From: Flectonema sp. DT1601
Lineage: Eukaryota
Assembly (NCBI GenBank): GCA_964019425.1
Contig: OZ025798.1
Location: 434,001-498,000 of the forward strand
Length of the DNA: 64,000 nucleotides
Direction: 5' to 3'
This document shows, in pieces, positions 22,336-33,312 of the stretch. Each line of letters opens with the position of its first letter. The first letter of the stretch is position 1. The notes below the pieces were generated by a model. The model saw only the letters and a program-made list of their open reading frames with translations. It had not been told where the DNA came from and did not search any database. Position numbers and translations under genes: made by a program.

Positions 22336-24210
22336 GAAACTTTGACAATGTAAAAAACAGTAACAACTTTTAGGTATTAAAAAATAAAATAATTAATATC
22401 AAGGGGAGGGTGAGGGAAATGAAAACACCGCAACAGGAAAGAAAGTAAAAGAAGACAGAAAACAAAGATGGCTTTTTTTGAAGATTAACCCGCGATACAT
22501 TAATTATTTACTAATTGAGGTCAGTGAAGTGACCCATTTACTTTAATAACTAACATGGCAATTAGATTTAACTGAACGCTACCATAATTTTATTGATGGT
22601 GTACTCATCTTCGCTATTTTCCATCGAGAGCTACATTCAGCTCATAACTTTTTAAGAAAAAAGAAAGAAAAAAAAAGGGAAAAAAAACTCAATAGTCATT
22701 CCCAATTACAGATAAAAGCCACTGCATCCCAGAGGTACATAAATGACTACACTATTGGTTCAAGTACTATATCGCAAGGTCCTCCAAGAAAGAAAGTTAA
22801 GCCAAGTAATAGAAAACAAGGGGTGTCCATTTTGAGGGGTAGGATTCATCGAGGGGAGAGAAGATAGGACGGAGAGCAACACCACTTAAAACATGACTAA
22901 TCAGTCCATCGTATCTATAATGCAAGTCTTTTATTCGAACCACCATTCCTGGTAGTGAACCTGGGAAACTCGTCCAACAACCCGCTCAAATAACAAAAGA
23001 GAGTGAAAACAGAAACAACATCAAAAACATATGCAAGATTAGGGAAGATATCAAATAAAGCTTACACCAAGGAAACTAAATTAGTAAAAAAAATAAATCT
23101 GTAAAGTCGACTACGAAACATTGATAACGCAGTAAATGCAACAGTTTCAAGTCTTAACACAGAATTGTCGGAGAAAAAGTAAAAAAAAACTAACTGAACT
23201 GGTTGTTTTTATTTTATTTCATTTTTCTTTTAAGCTTAGTAATACCATGTGCTCAAAAACCGAAATCTAGTGAGACTAAATGAATCCCCAGGAGACGTGC
23301 TTGACAACTTTCTTTTTCTCTCTTAAAACTACTAGTTGAGGACGGGAGGACAGAAAACAAAAAAAAAAAGAAAAACAAAAAAACGCAAATTAATATATCA
23401 CTTGACTGTGGGTGTTTGCAGTAAGCTTTGAATTTTGCTCGTAAGGTCCTTTCAAAAGCCACACAGAAATATGATGCGCTGGTCCACTGAATAAGGAGTG
23501 CGCTGCCGACTTGGGAATAGCCGAGGGCATTGTAAGAAGTTGTCGATGAATGAAAAATAAAAAAAAAGAGAGGGGGGTGTCAAATGATGTAAAATTGGGT
23601 CACACACTTTAGCTTTTTTTGTTTTTCTTTTTTTTCCCCCCCTCTCATTGAAAAGACGATAAGAAAACATCAGTCTTCAGGTACAACAAGTGGTCAGAGC
23701 AATGAAAAAAACACAATGCCGAACCAGCTTATCGCAACCTACTATTTTTTTTCTTTTTTTCTCCCGCTCCGGTTTAATTCGGAGAAGTAGAATGACATAG
23801 CAAACGAATAGAATATTACTAAACAGTACGCACAAGGTACAGGCTTATAAACCTCAATGCCTAAGAAGACAATATAACCAAGCCACTACATATAAAAAGG
23901 AAAGAAAAGAAAAGAAAAACAAAATAGCTGAAAAAAAGAAGCAAGTAAAGTACAACCTCTTTTCTTTGGCTTTTCACTGACATCAAGAGGAAAGCCCTAA
24001 CTTACCCACAGGCACGGCTGACCCTGGATGCTTGATGTGTGTAGCAACAATATTTATAAAAAAATGAATAAGAAAAAAGAAAGGAAATTAGCAGCACAGG
24101 AGAAAATAGTTTGAATCTCAACATGCTACATCGGGGCGGGGTATGTGCGAAACTTTGACAATGTAAAAAATAGTAACAACTTTAGGTATCAATACAAAAT
24201 TAATGTCAAG
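22336..24210. repeat. Pair of about 65-bp dispersed direct repeats (22336-22403 and 24149-24210)
   Basis: gaaactttgacaatgtaaaaaa(c/t)agtaacaacttt(t)aggtat...aattaat(a/g)tcaag occurs twice, each time preceded by a G-rich run. Confidence 0.8.
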
Positions 24211-24802
24211 TACTTGACTGCATCAGTCAACAATTGTCAAATAACCACATGGACGGACCCAACTCCCGTGAAATACCAGGATAACATCGCTATTCAGTAT
24301 GTAGGGATGTAAGTTCACCATTCCTCGTTTTTACGTTATAACACCGTGAACGGTGGAAGTCATCTTCGTACCCCCCCCCATGATTAGTTTTTTTAAAACA
24401 GCAACAAAAAAAAAAAAAAAAAAAAAAAAAATTCTCTCTCTGAAACTGGTTAAGCAAGAATTCCGTCCGAGCGCGAAAATCAACCAGTTGGCACCTCACT
24501 AAATGATCACACTTTATTTTGCAACCGGAAAAAACAAAAAATACCATCAAAAATAAACAACGGGAGGGGCCTTTATGTGAATAGTATCTTGTTAAATAAA
24601 ATAATATAATAAAGACAGTTGTGGTTGTTGTTATTTTTTGCTTCTTGTTTGAAATGGAAATAAACAAAAAAATAAATAAATAAATAAATAAAAATATTAT
24701 AAACTAAATACGCAACAAAACAATGGAAAGAATAATTTCAAAAATAAGGGACACAACCCAATTACTTCATGATTTCCGAGTGTGGGCAAGTCCTTAACAA
24801 CA

Positions 24803-24828
24803 GCGTAAGACTGATACCAGTCTTACGC
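24803..24828. other. Perfect 11-bp hairpin with 4-nt loop
   Basis: GCGTAAGACTG-ATAC-CAGTCTTACGC lies within a short GC-richer island in the intergenic DNA. Confidence 0.6.
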
Positions 24829-25474
24829 CAACACGAAGTGGTATTGCGGTTCGAACGGGGCAACGATCCGGATAGATCCAAGGCAGGAAATAAACCAGCT
24901 GGATTCTTGTCTCACCGGTAGGGTTACTTGGTAGGTACGTTTACGAAGTACTTTTTCAAAAAAAAAAAAAAAAAAAAACAACATTAATATAATAATATCA
25001 AACAAAAAGACCCAACAAATATTTTATAATTTATCCGAGAAGAAGAGAAAAAAAAAAATTTTTTTTTCAATAACTTAAAAAAGGTCATAATGTGTTATTG
25101 AAAAAACTTTTTTTTTTTTTCCAAATCAGTCACCACGTAAATGGCAACTGAAGTATTAGAATCACTGACGCCGATATGTAAAAAAAAACAAAAAAAAAAG
25201 CTGTCAGAGCTTCCAACGCTAGCATTAATAGTCACACAGCACGACTACACCAAGAATATGAAAAGAAGCCAAAGTCGCACTATTTTTTTTTTTTTTTTCA
25301 ATTTCATTACTATGGTTGGACAGATGGCGGAGGTACAATACTGACGCTTCGGGCACGAGGTGCAATGGTGCTTCCAATTTCAACATCGTACGATGCAAAT
25401 GTGTGAGCGCTGCCGCTAGCGCTGGCAGTCTTACCACTGTGGTTGCTACCTGCCTCAGACCCGAAGCCGAACCG

Positions 25475-28339
25475 TCAACCAGACGTTGATGTTGATTGAG
25501 AAATAATATCTGACCCCTGAGCAGGACTGGAATGCGTTTTATTACTAGGCCTTTCCTTTAGAGAATCTGATTTTATAATTGTTGATGCGCTATTAGCCGA
25601 TACTTCACTAGCACGTGCGAAACTAATAGGCTGCGACGATGAGAAACTTGACAACGACCCTTGGGTATTTCTGTGAGATCGTGTTAAGTTTCCTTTGCCG
25701 GTATATTTAGCACTGGAACGACGGACATTCTCTGGTATGATAACTGTACATCCTTTTGGACGAAATATTCGATAATAATCCTTTGGAGGTTTACCAGTGA
25801 GCAGTATAACCTCATCGAGATAACACTTTATACGAGATCCAACAATACGAGCTAGCGGGTCATCTTGAATTGCAAACATCGCGTCAACGACACTGACTAC
25901 AGATGGGATATTGTCACTGCGGCGGAGTAGTGACCATGCTTTCTCATAAGCGGTTTCCGTTTGTGTGTCAACCACATACATCCATTCACCAGCTGGGGCA
26001 TTATGAGCACCAAAGACATAGCTGCAAATTTGTTTCTTTGATCCTTCATTGTATCGGAGGATGTCAACTGGAACTGATTTATAAATTCCTTTCAACTCAT
26101 CAGCACATCTCTGATCTACTATAATGTCCATACCAGTCTCTCTTGATATGCAGAGCATAGCCTTTGAATACATTACTGCTCTACCAACAACAGCAGGAGT
26201 CTTTAGACCTGTGTTTCCGAGGTTACCAACAAAACCAGATCCGCTGGCAATTCCACAGCATAGAAATGTTTCTGGGAAGTTGAAGCCTTCTGATTGTCTG
26301 TTTTTAGCCGTGAAAATCCTATCGCGTACCTTTAATGCATAACCGGTTGCTTTGTTTGCAGCGTTAATGCAGCTTTGGAGTCCACCAAAATTAATATCAA
26401 CGCAGTCTCCTATAAATCTCTCAACGACTCCTCCATTAATTTTTGCATCAGCTACACAGCAGCCAATCCACTTGCTATGAAACTCTACTACCAAAGCAGG
26501 GTCTGGTAACTGTCTCATATATTCATCAAAGTCTTTGCAAGATAGACTGACGTGTGAAATTCCTTTTCTTCGTTGGAGATAAACTGAGAGGTTCGCACGT
26601 TTCTTTTGTGATGGGTCAGCAATATCTTCTGTTTTATACCTCTCGTTCTTAGAAAGACCGGTATTGGTCGGTGTTTTAACTTCTGTTGTTTGAGTTTTTA
26701 TGACAGCACCAACAGGGCTTTCATCTTTGTCGGACATTACCGGCGGGTAGTTTGGTGATACAGCTTCAAAGGTTGAGCTTTCACCAAGTAATGTTGATCT
26801 GTTGCTTTGCTCATTTGATACACTAAAAGAATCAGTACTCTGCACTGGTCTACTTCTGTGTGTACTTGACACAGCAGGAGGTAGACATTCATCACTTTCA
26901 GAGTCACTGCTACTTGATGATGGAATGTGATGATGCTCAGCTAGCATATCAATTTCTGATCCTCTTTCAACAACAGCCTGAGGCATGTATTGTTTGAATT
27001 CACTAACTGCTTCACACAGAGCTGAAAAACTTGCCTGCATTAACGCAATCTCTCTAAACCTACTTCTCGGAAGATCCCTAAAGCTACCTTCAAGACGAAG
27101 GTCAGTTACATGATCCATGTCAGAGCGTAATTTCAAAAGTGGTTTTGTGACATAGTTTGCACCAACAGCGCTAAACAGTGATACAATAATAGCAAAACTG
27201 ACTGTAATAGCAATAAGGATAGTAATCCAAGTAAGAGTTTCGTTTCGTGCACGGTCAGTAGATTTGTCGATTACTACGGTTGCGGTAGTCCTTGCTCCAG
27301 AAAATAATGACGACACGTGACTGCTATTCGATGATATCATAACACACCATCCAGTAGGTTCGTAGTTCGGTTTTGAAGGTTCTATTTTTGAACCATAAAC
27401 ATGAAACACTTCGCCATCTACTACGATGGATGTTTTGTTTTTATTACAAAGAGCACCTTGGAGTGTTTCAGTAGTCGTGACGTTAACAACCTGAGCTAGA
27501 ATTTTAGTAAATAACGGATCGTTCATTTCTCTATTAACAACTTTAATTACATCACCTTGTTCAGATATAATCGCCACGCGAACCAGATCCTCATCACTCA
27601 TACCCGCCGTGACACTACTGATATCAACAGATGCAGCTGAGAATGACGTAGCAAAGGCTGCATCAGGAGTCGTTCCAGTGTCACTAAACGTAACCGTTGT
27701 AGATAAGGTATGGGTATCATTCGCAGCTCTCTTCCAAACGGTTTTATTCACACTAGCAAGTCGACTTTCCATTGACAGCTGAGCGTATAACGGATACGTA
27801 CTGACAAATACAATATTTGTAACTCCATTTCTATTTTCATATAATAAGTCATCTTGTAGTGAGCCGTTGTTGAATAAACTAATTACTTCAGCATGTGCTT
27901 CATGTCTGAAGACAGCGTAAGAAACGTTAAAATCATACGACCACCATGCGTGAAGTAGTAGAGTTGGTTCATGACTAAATAATGTTTTTGATCTTTGATA
28001 GTCGCTTGAATAAGCACGCCAATCATTTCTGTATGATGTGGTGACCACAGCTGCCATGGTTGAGTAATGGAGAGAGGAGACGTCTTCAATCTGTGATTGA
28101 GTTTTTTCAGCTCCTCGATCAGCTACTTGTTGGTACTGTGTTTCCATACTGCTTTGAAGTAGCTGTTCCCCACTACCAAAGCATGATGTCACTATCTCTA
28201 ATTCGGCATCTTCCATTTCACTTCTAATCTCTCGAGAACTAAGAACGCTTACCAATATAGACACCGCAACAACCATCCAGATTGCTACAAGTGAAAACAG
28301 TATTACAGCACTTCTTAACGAGTACCTCATATTGTTCAT
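25475..28339 (-). CDS. Receptor-type class III nucleotide cyclase-like protein, degenerate active site (954 aa)
   Basis: N-terminal TM (AVILFSLVAIWMVVAVSILV), extracellular region, second TM, HAMP-like VTKPLLKLRSDM...EIALMQASF, and cyclase motifs GGVVERFIGDCV and CGIASGSGFVGNLG...VVGRAV. The start is placed at the first ATG after a splice-acceptor-like site at 28367. Confidence 0.85.
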   Translation of the reverse strand: MNNMRYSLRSAVILFSLVAIWMVVAVSILVSVLSSREIRSEMEDAELEIVTSCFGSGEQLLQSSMETQYQQVADRGAEKTQSQIEDVSSLHYSTMAAVVTTSYRNDWRAYSSDYQRSKTLFSHEPTLLLHAWWSYDFNVSYAVFRHEAHAEVISLFNNGSLQDDLLYENRNGVTNIVFVSTYPLYAQLSMESRLASVNKTVWKRAANDTHTLSTTVTFSDTGTTPDAAFATSFSAASVDISSVTAGMSDEDLVRVAIISEQGDVIKVVNREMNDPLFTKILAQVVNVTTTETLQGALCNKNKTSIVVDGEVFHVYGSKIEPSKPNYEPTGWCVMISSNSSHVSSLFSGARTTATVVIDKSTDRARNETLTWITILIAITVSFAIIVSLFSAVGANYVTKPLLKLRSDMDHVTDLRLEGSFRDLPRSRFREIALMQASFSALCEAVSEFKQYMPQAVVERGSEIDMLAEHHHIPSSSSSDSESDECLPPAVSSTHRSRPVQSTDSFSVSNEQSNRSTLLGESSTFEAVSPNYPPVMSDKDESPVGAVIKTQTTEVKTPTNTGLSKNERYKTEDIADPSQKKRANLSVYLQRRKGISHVSLSCKDFDEYMRQLPDPALVVEFHSKWIGCCVADAKINGGVVERFIGDCVDINFGGLQSCINAANKATGYALKVRDRIFTAKNRQSEGFNFPETFLCCGIASGSGFVGNLGNTGLKTPAVVGRAVMYSKAMLCISRETGMDIIVDQRCADELKGIYKSVPVDILRYNEGSKKQICSYVFGAHNAPAGEWMYVVDTQTETAYEKAWSLLRRSDNIPSVVSVVDAMFAIQDDPLARIVGSRIKCYLDEVILLTGKPPKDYYRIFRPKGCTVIIPENVRRSSAKYTGKGNLTRSHRNTQGSLSSFSSSQPISFARASEVSANSASTIIKSDSLKERPSNKTHSSPAQGSDIISQSTSTSG

Positions 28340-28790
28340 AGTTAAGTCTTTTAGCAATCCAACCTTCTGTGAGATAAAATAATACAAGTTCACAACACTT
28401 AATATAACAAACTATTAAACTACCTGTCGTCAAGGTCATAGGTAAAGAACTGTAAAGGAATATAATATGAAATAAAATGTTCATTTGATCTCCTTGTTGA
28501 GTCAAACTTTTATTTTGGTTTGAACGATCGATGTAAAAAGAAAAAAACACACGTGTAAGAATAAGAGAAAGGAAAAAAAAAGAAAAAAAAGAAGGAATAT
28601 ACGCAGCACTCTTGTTATCGCGAAAATGAAACAATCCTTAAGAAAAACATGGGAAATGGGGACACCAGGAGGGTGAAAACGTCATAAGCTGTGCCGACAG
28701 CATGTCGAAATATTTTTATATCATTGTTTTCTCCGTTAGTTACAAGGAGAGAGGGAGAGAGGGAGAGGAGGGGATTATGGAACGTGAATC

Positions 28791-30732
28791 TCATAGAGAC
28801 ATCAACTGCTTTAGAAGAGTTGGGAAATTTGGTGTTCCCAAACCAGTAGTTGGATCCCATCCAGCTGTTGCAGACCAACGCTGTTCACCACATCCCATGG
28901 TAGAACCTGAAGTAACATCGTGGAATGAAGAAGCATCCTTACCATAAGCAGCGTACAAAGCTGGTGACAAAAATCCGAGTGGCGGCTTTGAAGCAGCAAC
29001 TCTAGCATCGTTAATAAGCCCCATTACTCCAGCAAAGATTGGTGACGCACATGACGTTCCCTCGACTGGTAGCCCACAAAAACCATCAGTACAGATCTCA
29101 ACAGCTCCACAGGCAGAAACATCCGGGTAGGCACGTCCTGTTTGTTATATTTATAACTTATGAAATAGAATGAGAATACAGAAGTAAACATGAATAATAA
29201 TTAACAAACCAGCTCTGTTGAAGTAGCTCGCCTTTGGAAGGGTCGCAGTCTTGAGGTACTTTTCAACGGCATCCTTCTGCCATGCAGTCTGGTTGTACAT
29301 GTTGGAGAATCCACCCGAACTGAATGAAGCAACACCAGCACCGGATTGGCAAGTAGCGGTTCCTCCTACAGATGTGATGTGAGGAAGTGCGGCTGGGAAG
29401 TTGGCAACGAATTTATCATCCTTGCAGCCAGCACCGTTGTCTCCCGAAGCAGACATGACGGTGATACCACGGGCACCAATCTTCTGTAATTCAACATCAG
29501 ATCTGTTGGTGTTTTTATTGCTTTAGACTGACGTTGTTATTAGGACAAAAAGTCACATAAATAAATACCTATCGGTGTAGCTCTGAGTAAGAGTGTCCTC
29601 ACCCTCGCCGTATGAAATCGAGAACAGGGTTGGAACAGCCTTTGCCGATGAAACGTTGGCGAAGAATTCCATCCATGGTTCTTCATTGTTAACTTTGTTC
29701 TTGTTGGTGTTGGACCAAACCCAGGTGTTGACACCGGCACCCATTCCTGTTTGTTGTTTGATGTATTGTGAGATTCACTTAAAGACAATTATCATATTAA
29801 TAACAATCAGTTATTCATACCAACGATGTACTGAGCGTCAAGCTCAGCTTCAGTACCAGTACCAGACTTCCATGGACCAACCTTTTTAACAATAGTCTGT
29901 CCCTCCTGTTCTGAACAGTATTTCTTCTCAAATGCCTGAAGATCACTTGGGCTGTACCATTGCTCAAGGAACTGAGTGAAACAGACGCTGGTCTTACCTG
30001 TTTGTTGTTTTATTCGATGGTTGTACTACAAGATTTAGTTTCCTTAAATACTAAATACTAAACAAACATACCAGATGACTTAGCTCCTCCAGTTCCATAC
30101 GAAGCACGAAGGGTCGCAATGTCACCCGAGTCTCCCTTCACTCCTTCCTTTACGTCTGAAAGGATTGGGAAATGAACAAGTCCGCTGACAACATCGATAT
30201 CATTCTGGATGGAGTCTGGGACGTGGTACTGTTTTTGTTTAGTGAATAATAATACTACTGCCTACTAATAACTACCTCTCATATAACATACCTGAGGAGA
30301 ACACGCTCTTGTAATGTTAACGGATGCACTAACGTGAGAGTACTCACAGAACTGAGTTTTGAACAACTCGGTAGCAACACCAGCGTTTGTTGACAATCTG
30401 ATGAAGTCACCAGATGGAAGTACTTCAACATTTGATGAAGGACCTTCTAAAGAAGAGACAATGTTGTTAATTCTTGAAGATGGAGGTGCCATCTTCGAGT
30501 TAAGCTCTTCTAAGGTGACGTATGACCCGTACTTAGCGTGGAATGGGTTGCTAACTTCAGTCACTGTATTCAACAACCACTTCTTTGCTTCATCAGTGTG
30601 CTTAACTGCGACTAGGAAGTCTAACTCCTCACCAGCAGAAACAATTCTCTTTGGAACCCAATCAGATGGTAATGTCACCTTCTCGTGAACTCCACTGAGA
30701 GCACATCCAGCAAGCGCTGCCAATGACAACAT
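28791..30732 (-). CDS. Tripeptidyl-peptidase I / sedolisin-like serine peptidase, family S53 (6 exons, 530 aa)
   Basis: Signal-peptide-like MLSLAALAGCALSG, pro-domain (VSNPFHAKYGSYVT), GTEAELDAQYI, SISYG, ASGDNG, GRAYPDVSA, catalytic GTSCASP and GWDPTTGLGTPNF. Introns 30291-30229, 30071-29998, 29820-29747, 29568-29503 and 29209-29138 give one continuous frame. Confidence 0.95.
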
Positions 30733-31351
30733 CGTTATAAATAGCTGTTGGTAGATAACTTTATATAATAATTCTAACATCAGTACTATTGTAATGTATT
30801 ATTGGACACAAAAGATTTTCAAACGAAGGTACAAACAACAGGATTATTTTCTCTTGTTCTTTTTTTTTTTTTTTTTTTACAAAGAATCCCACGAACTGGC
30901 ATAGGAAGGGGGAGAGAAATGCAAGCATTAAATACAATTATTATTATTTTTCCCTCTTTTTTTTTTTTGTTTTTTTGTACCGACGTAGTCGGAGAAGAAA
31001 CTACCCAGTTTGAAAGCCGATACGCTTCATAGTCACTATTTATCTCCCCCTTGTGACAAGATTCTGTTAAGGCTAATCTGAATGGTTTTTTTTCTTCTTC
31101 CACATCAAAGATGGCAGCAACCACCACCGCGTACTATGACTCTTTGAGAAGCACAAAAAAAAAAAAAAAAAAAAACCAAAAAAAATAATAATAATGTCGA
31201 ATCACAACAAAGTAACGGAAAAAAACAAGTACACCGCTACTGCGACTAACAAAGCCATTCCAGCTAAGAATTGGCTCTTTACAGATTATAACATACACGT
31301 GGAAAAGAATTGGGAACAGGAAGGAGGGGAAAGGCTCTAACAAATAAGGAA

Positions 31352-33054
31352 TCAAGGTCGACTCGTACCTGCACTATGTGATCGTCGAGAAGCAAGACGA
31401 GGTGACGTTGCGGATAGTCTTGGCGTACCAGGACCGCCTCGAATCATTTCAAGACGTTGACGACGGTCATGCGCAGCTCTCCATTTGACGTCCTCAACAT
31501 CTCTGTTTGAGTTCGTTAAAAGTGATTTTAGATTTAATGAAAGACTTGTAAGGTACAAAATATTCACATACTCCATCTTATCAAGCTTGTCCTGTAACTG
31601 TTTTTGTTTCAATTCAAGGTTGTAGGCTTCGATACGCTTTTGTCTTTCTACTGCTTCTTTCACGTCAATGGCTTTTAATCTTTTTTCGTTTACCTCCCAG
31701 GCTCTCTGTTGTCTCTGTATTTCAACAGTTTGAGCTTGTTTAGATTCTTTTTCTAGAAGACGGGCACGTGCTATTTCTTTTTTAGCATCGGCTATTTGGC
31801 GAGAACGTGATTTAACATCATCGATACGCTGTGCCTTTTGTGTATGTTTTTCCTGTTTGTGTGTGTGTTTTTTTTTTTGTTTTTTTTTTCCGTGGGGGAT
31901 GGTGCTCTCACATATGAAAAAACATACCTTCATATGCAAATGCTTGTCTTCAACCATAAGCATGTGCTCGTCTAGTTTTTGCTGTGCCATCATTTCTTGA
32001 GCTTCACCGTAGAGCCTGCGCTTCTCAAGTTCTTCTTGAAGTTTTGAGGTGCGATTTTGTTCAAGTCTTTGCTTTCGCTGTTGTTGTTATTATTTTGATG
32101 ATTATTAAAAAAAAAAAGTACCACAATATTTTTATACAACAGTAAGCAATAGCATACCTCAGCAGTGGCTTGTGCCGCAGCCTGCTTTTCAAGTCTCTCT
32201 CGTTCGAATTCAACTTGGCGACTGTGTTTGGAGCTCAAACGGGTTTCAAATTGAAGACGACGGTCTCGCTCAAGTTCTGCTCGGCGCTTCTTAGCTTCTT
32301 CAGTGCGCTTCTGCTGAATGTCTCGTTTTTGATCCCTGCACATGTCGAGGGATTGTCTTTGGTGGTCGAGCTGTTTTTGGCTGATTTGATCTTTGTGTTG
32401 AAGGAAAGAACGCTTGTCTTCTAGCAACCCATCATGCATATTTCTTGATTCTAACGCCTTGAGTCTACGAGCTTGTTTCTTTTCGGCATTAACAAGGAGA
32501 TGGTTGTTTCTGGATTCTTCTCGCTCCATAACGGCGCCTTGAAAACGTCGTTCGTCCATTTCTAACTTCATCGCTCGCATGTCTTGTTCTTCTTCTCGTT
32601 GTCTGCGGACGGCTTCCGCACGTTGGCTGCGCTGTTCTTCGCGTTGAACTTTTTCATCAAACTTACGCTGCTCTAATTCGAGAATTTCTTCTGACGTCGA
32701 ATGGGCTGCGTGTGACATTCGAGACACACTACCTATGTGATGATCAGGTGTTACATTAGCGGGCATGCTTAAAATTAGCTGACTACGTCTCTCAATTAGG
32801 AAGTTAAGTTTTTCCATTCTGCGTGTGCAGAAATGACGATACTTTCTCTCTACAATTTCTAAAGGCTCATCTCTAAATTCAGCAAAGCTTCCCTGAGGCC
32901 TGGGGTACAACTCTCTTGGTAGTATTCCATGCATCTTACAAACCTCCTTTGATCTCGGACTCGACAGTGTGATTTGCATATTCTCATCAGCTGTCACCAG
33001 ATCCTCAAGCGTTATTAACCTCGAAGGTGTTGCCGGAAGAGGAGACTGCATCAT
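31352..33054 (-). CDS. Coiled-coil protein, CCDC177-like N-terminal motif (4 exons, about 492 aa)
   Basis: ITLSSPRSKEVCKMHGILPRELYPR...YRHFCTRRMEKL resembles the LTSPRSLEAC...PxELL...ExxRxxKL motif of CCDC177-type proteins, followed by an E/R/K/Q-rich coiled coil. Introns 32157-32078, 31927-31853 and 31571-31503; the last two are in-frame and inferred from composition and splice signals. Confidence 0.75.
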
Positions 33055-33312
33055 TTCGCTGCTGTTGTGAACAACTGTAAAAAAGTAAAAAAAAGTAAAT
33101 ACCTATAACAAACAACAGTTCTTCAATTTAAAAGGAAAATTAGACAAGTGGGAAGGGAGAGGGCTATGACACACATTGAATTCATTATCAATTACTATAA
33201 CTCTCAAAGAAAGTATAGATGTAGACAAAGATGCCACTAGAGTGGGGATAGAAAAAAGCATATCATGAGAAAGGCGTGTAAATGCAATCCACAGAAGTGG
33301 ATGAAAAAGTTA

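Noticed and set aside
24735..24780. SECIS-like ATGA...TGA stem downstream of the UGA at 25475
   Set aside because: Pairing is weak and there is no apical AA motif, so selenocysteine insertion is not supported.
21270..25344. Short ORFs rich in F/K runs in the intergenic region
   Set aside because: They are translations of poly(A)/poly(T) tracts with no coding signal.
25475..25477. Genome-wide reassignment of TGA to an amino acid
   Set aside because: Four other genes end at TGA with no convincing coding continuation, and the 7,000-codon exon has no in-frame TGA.
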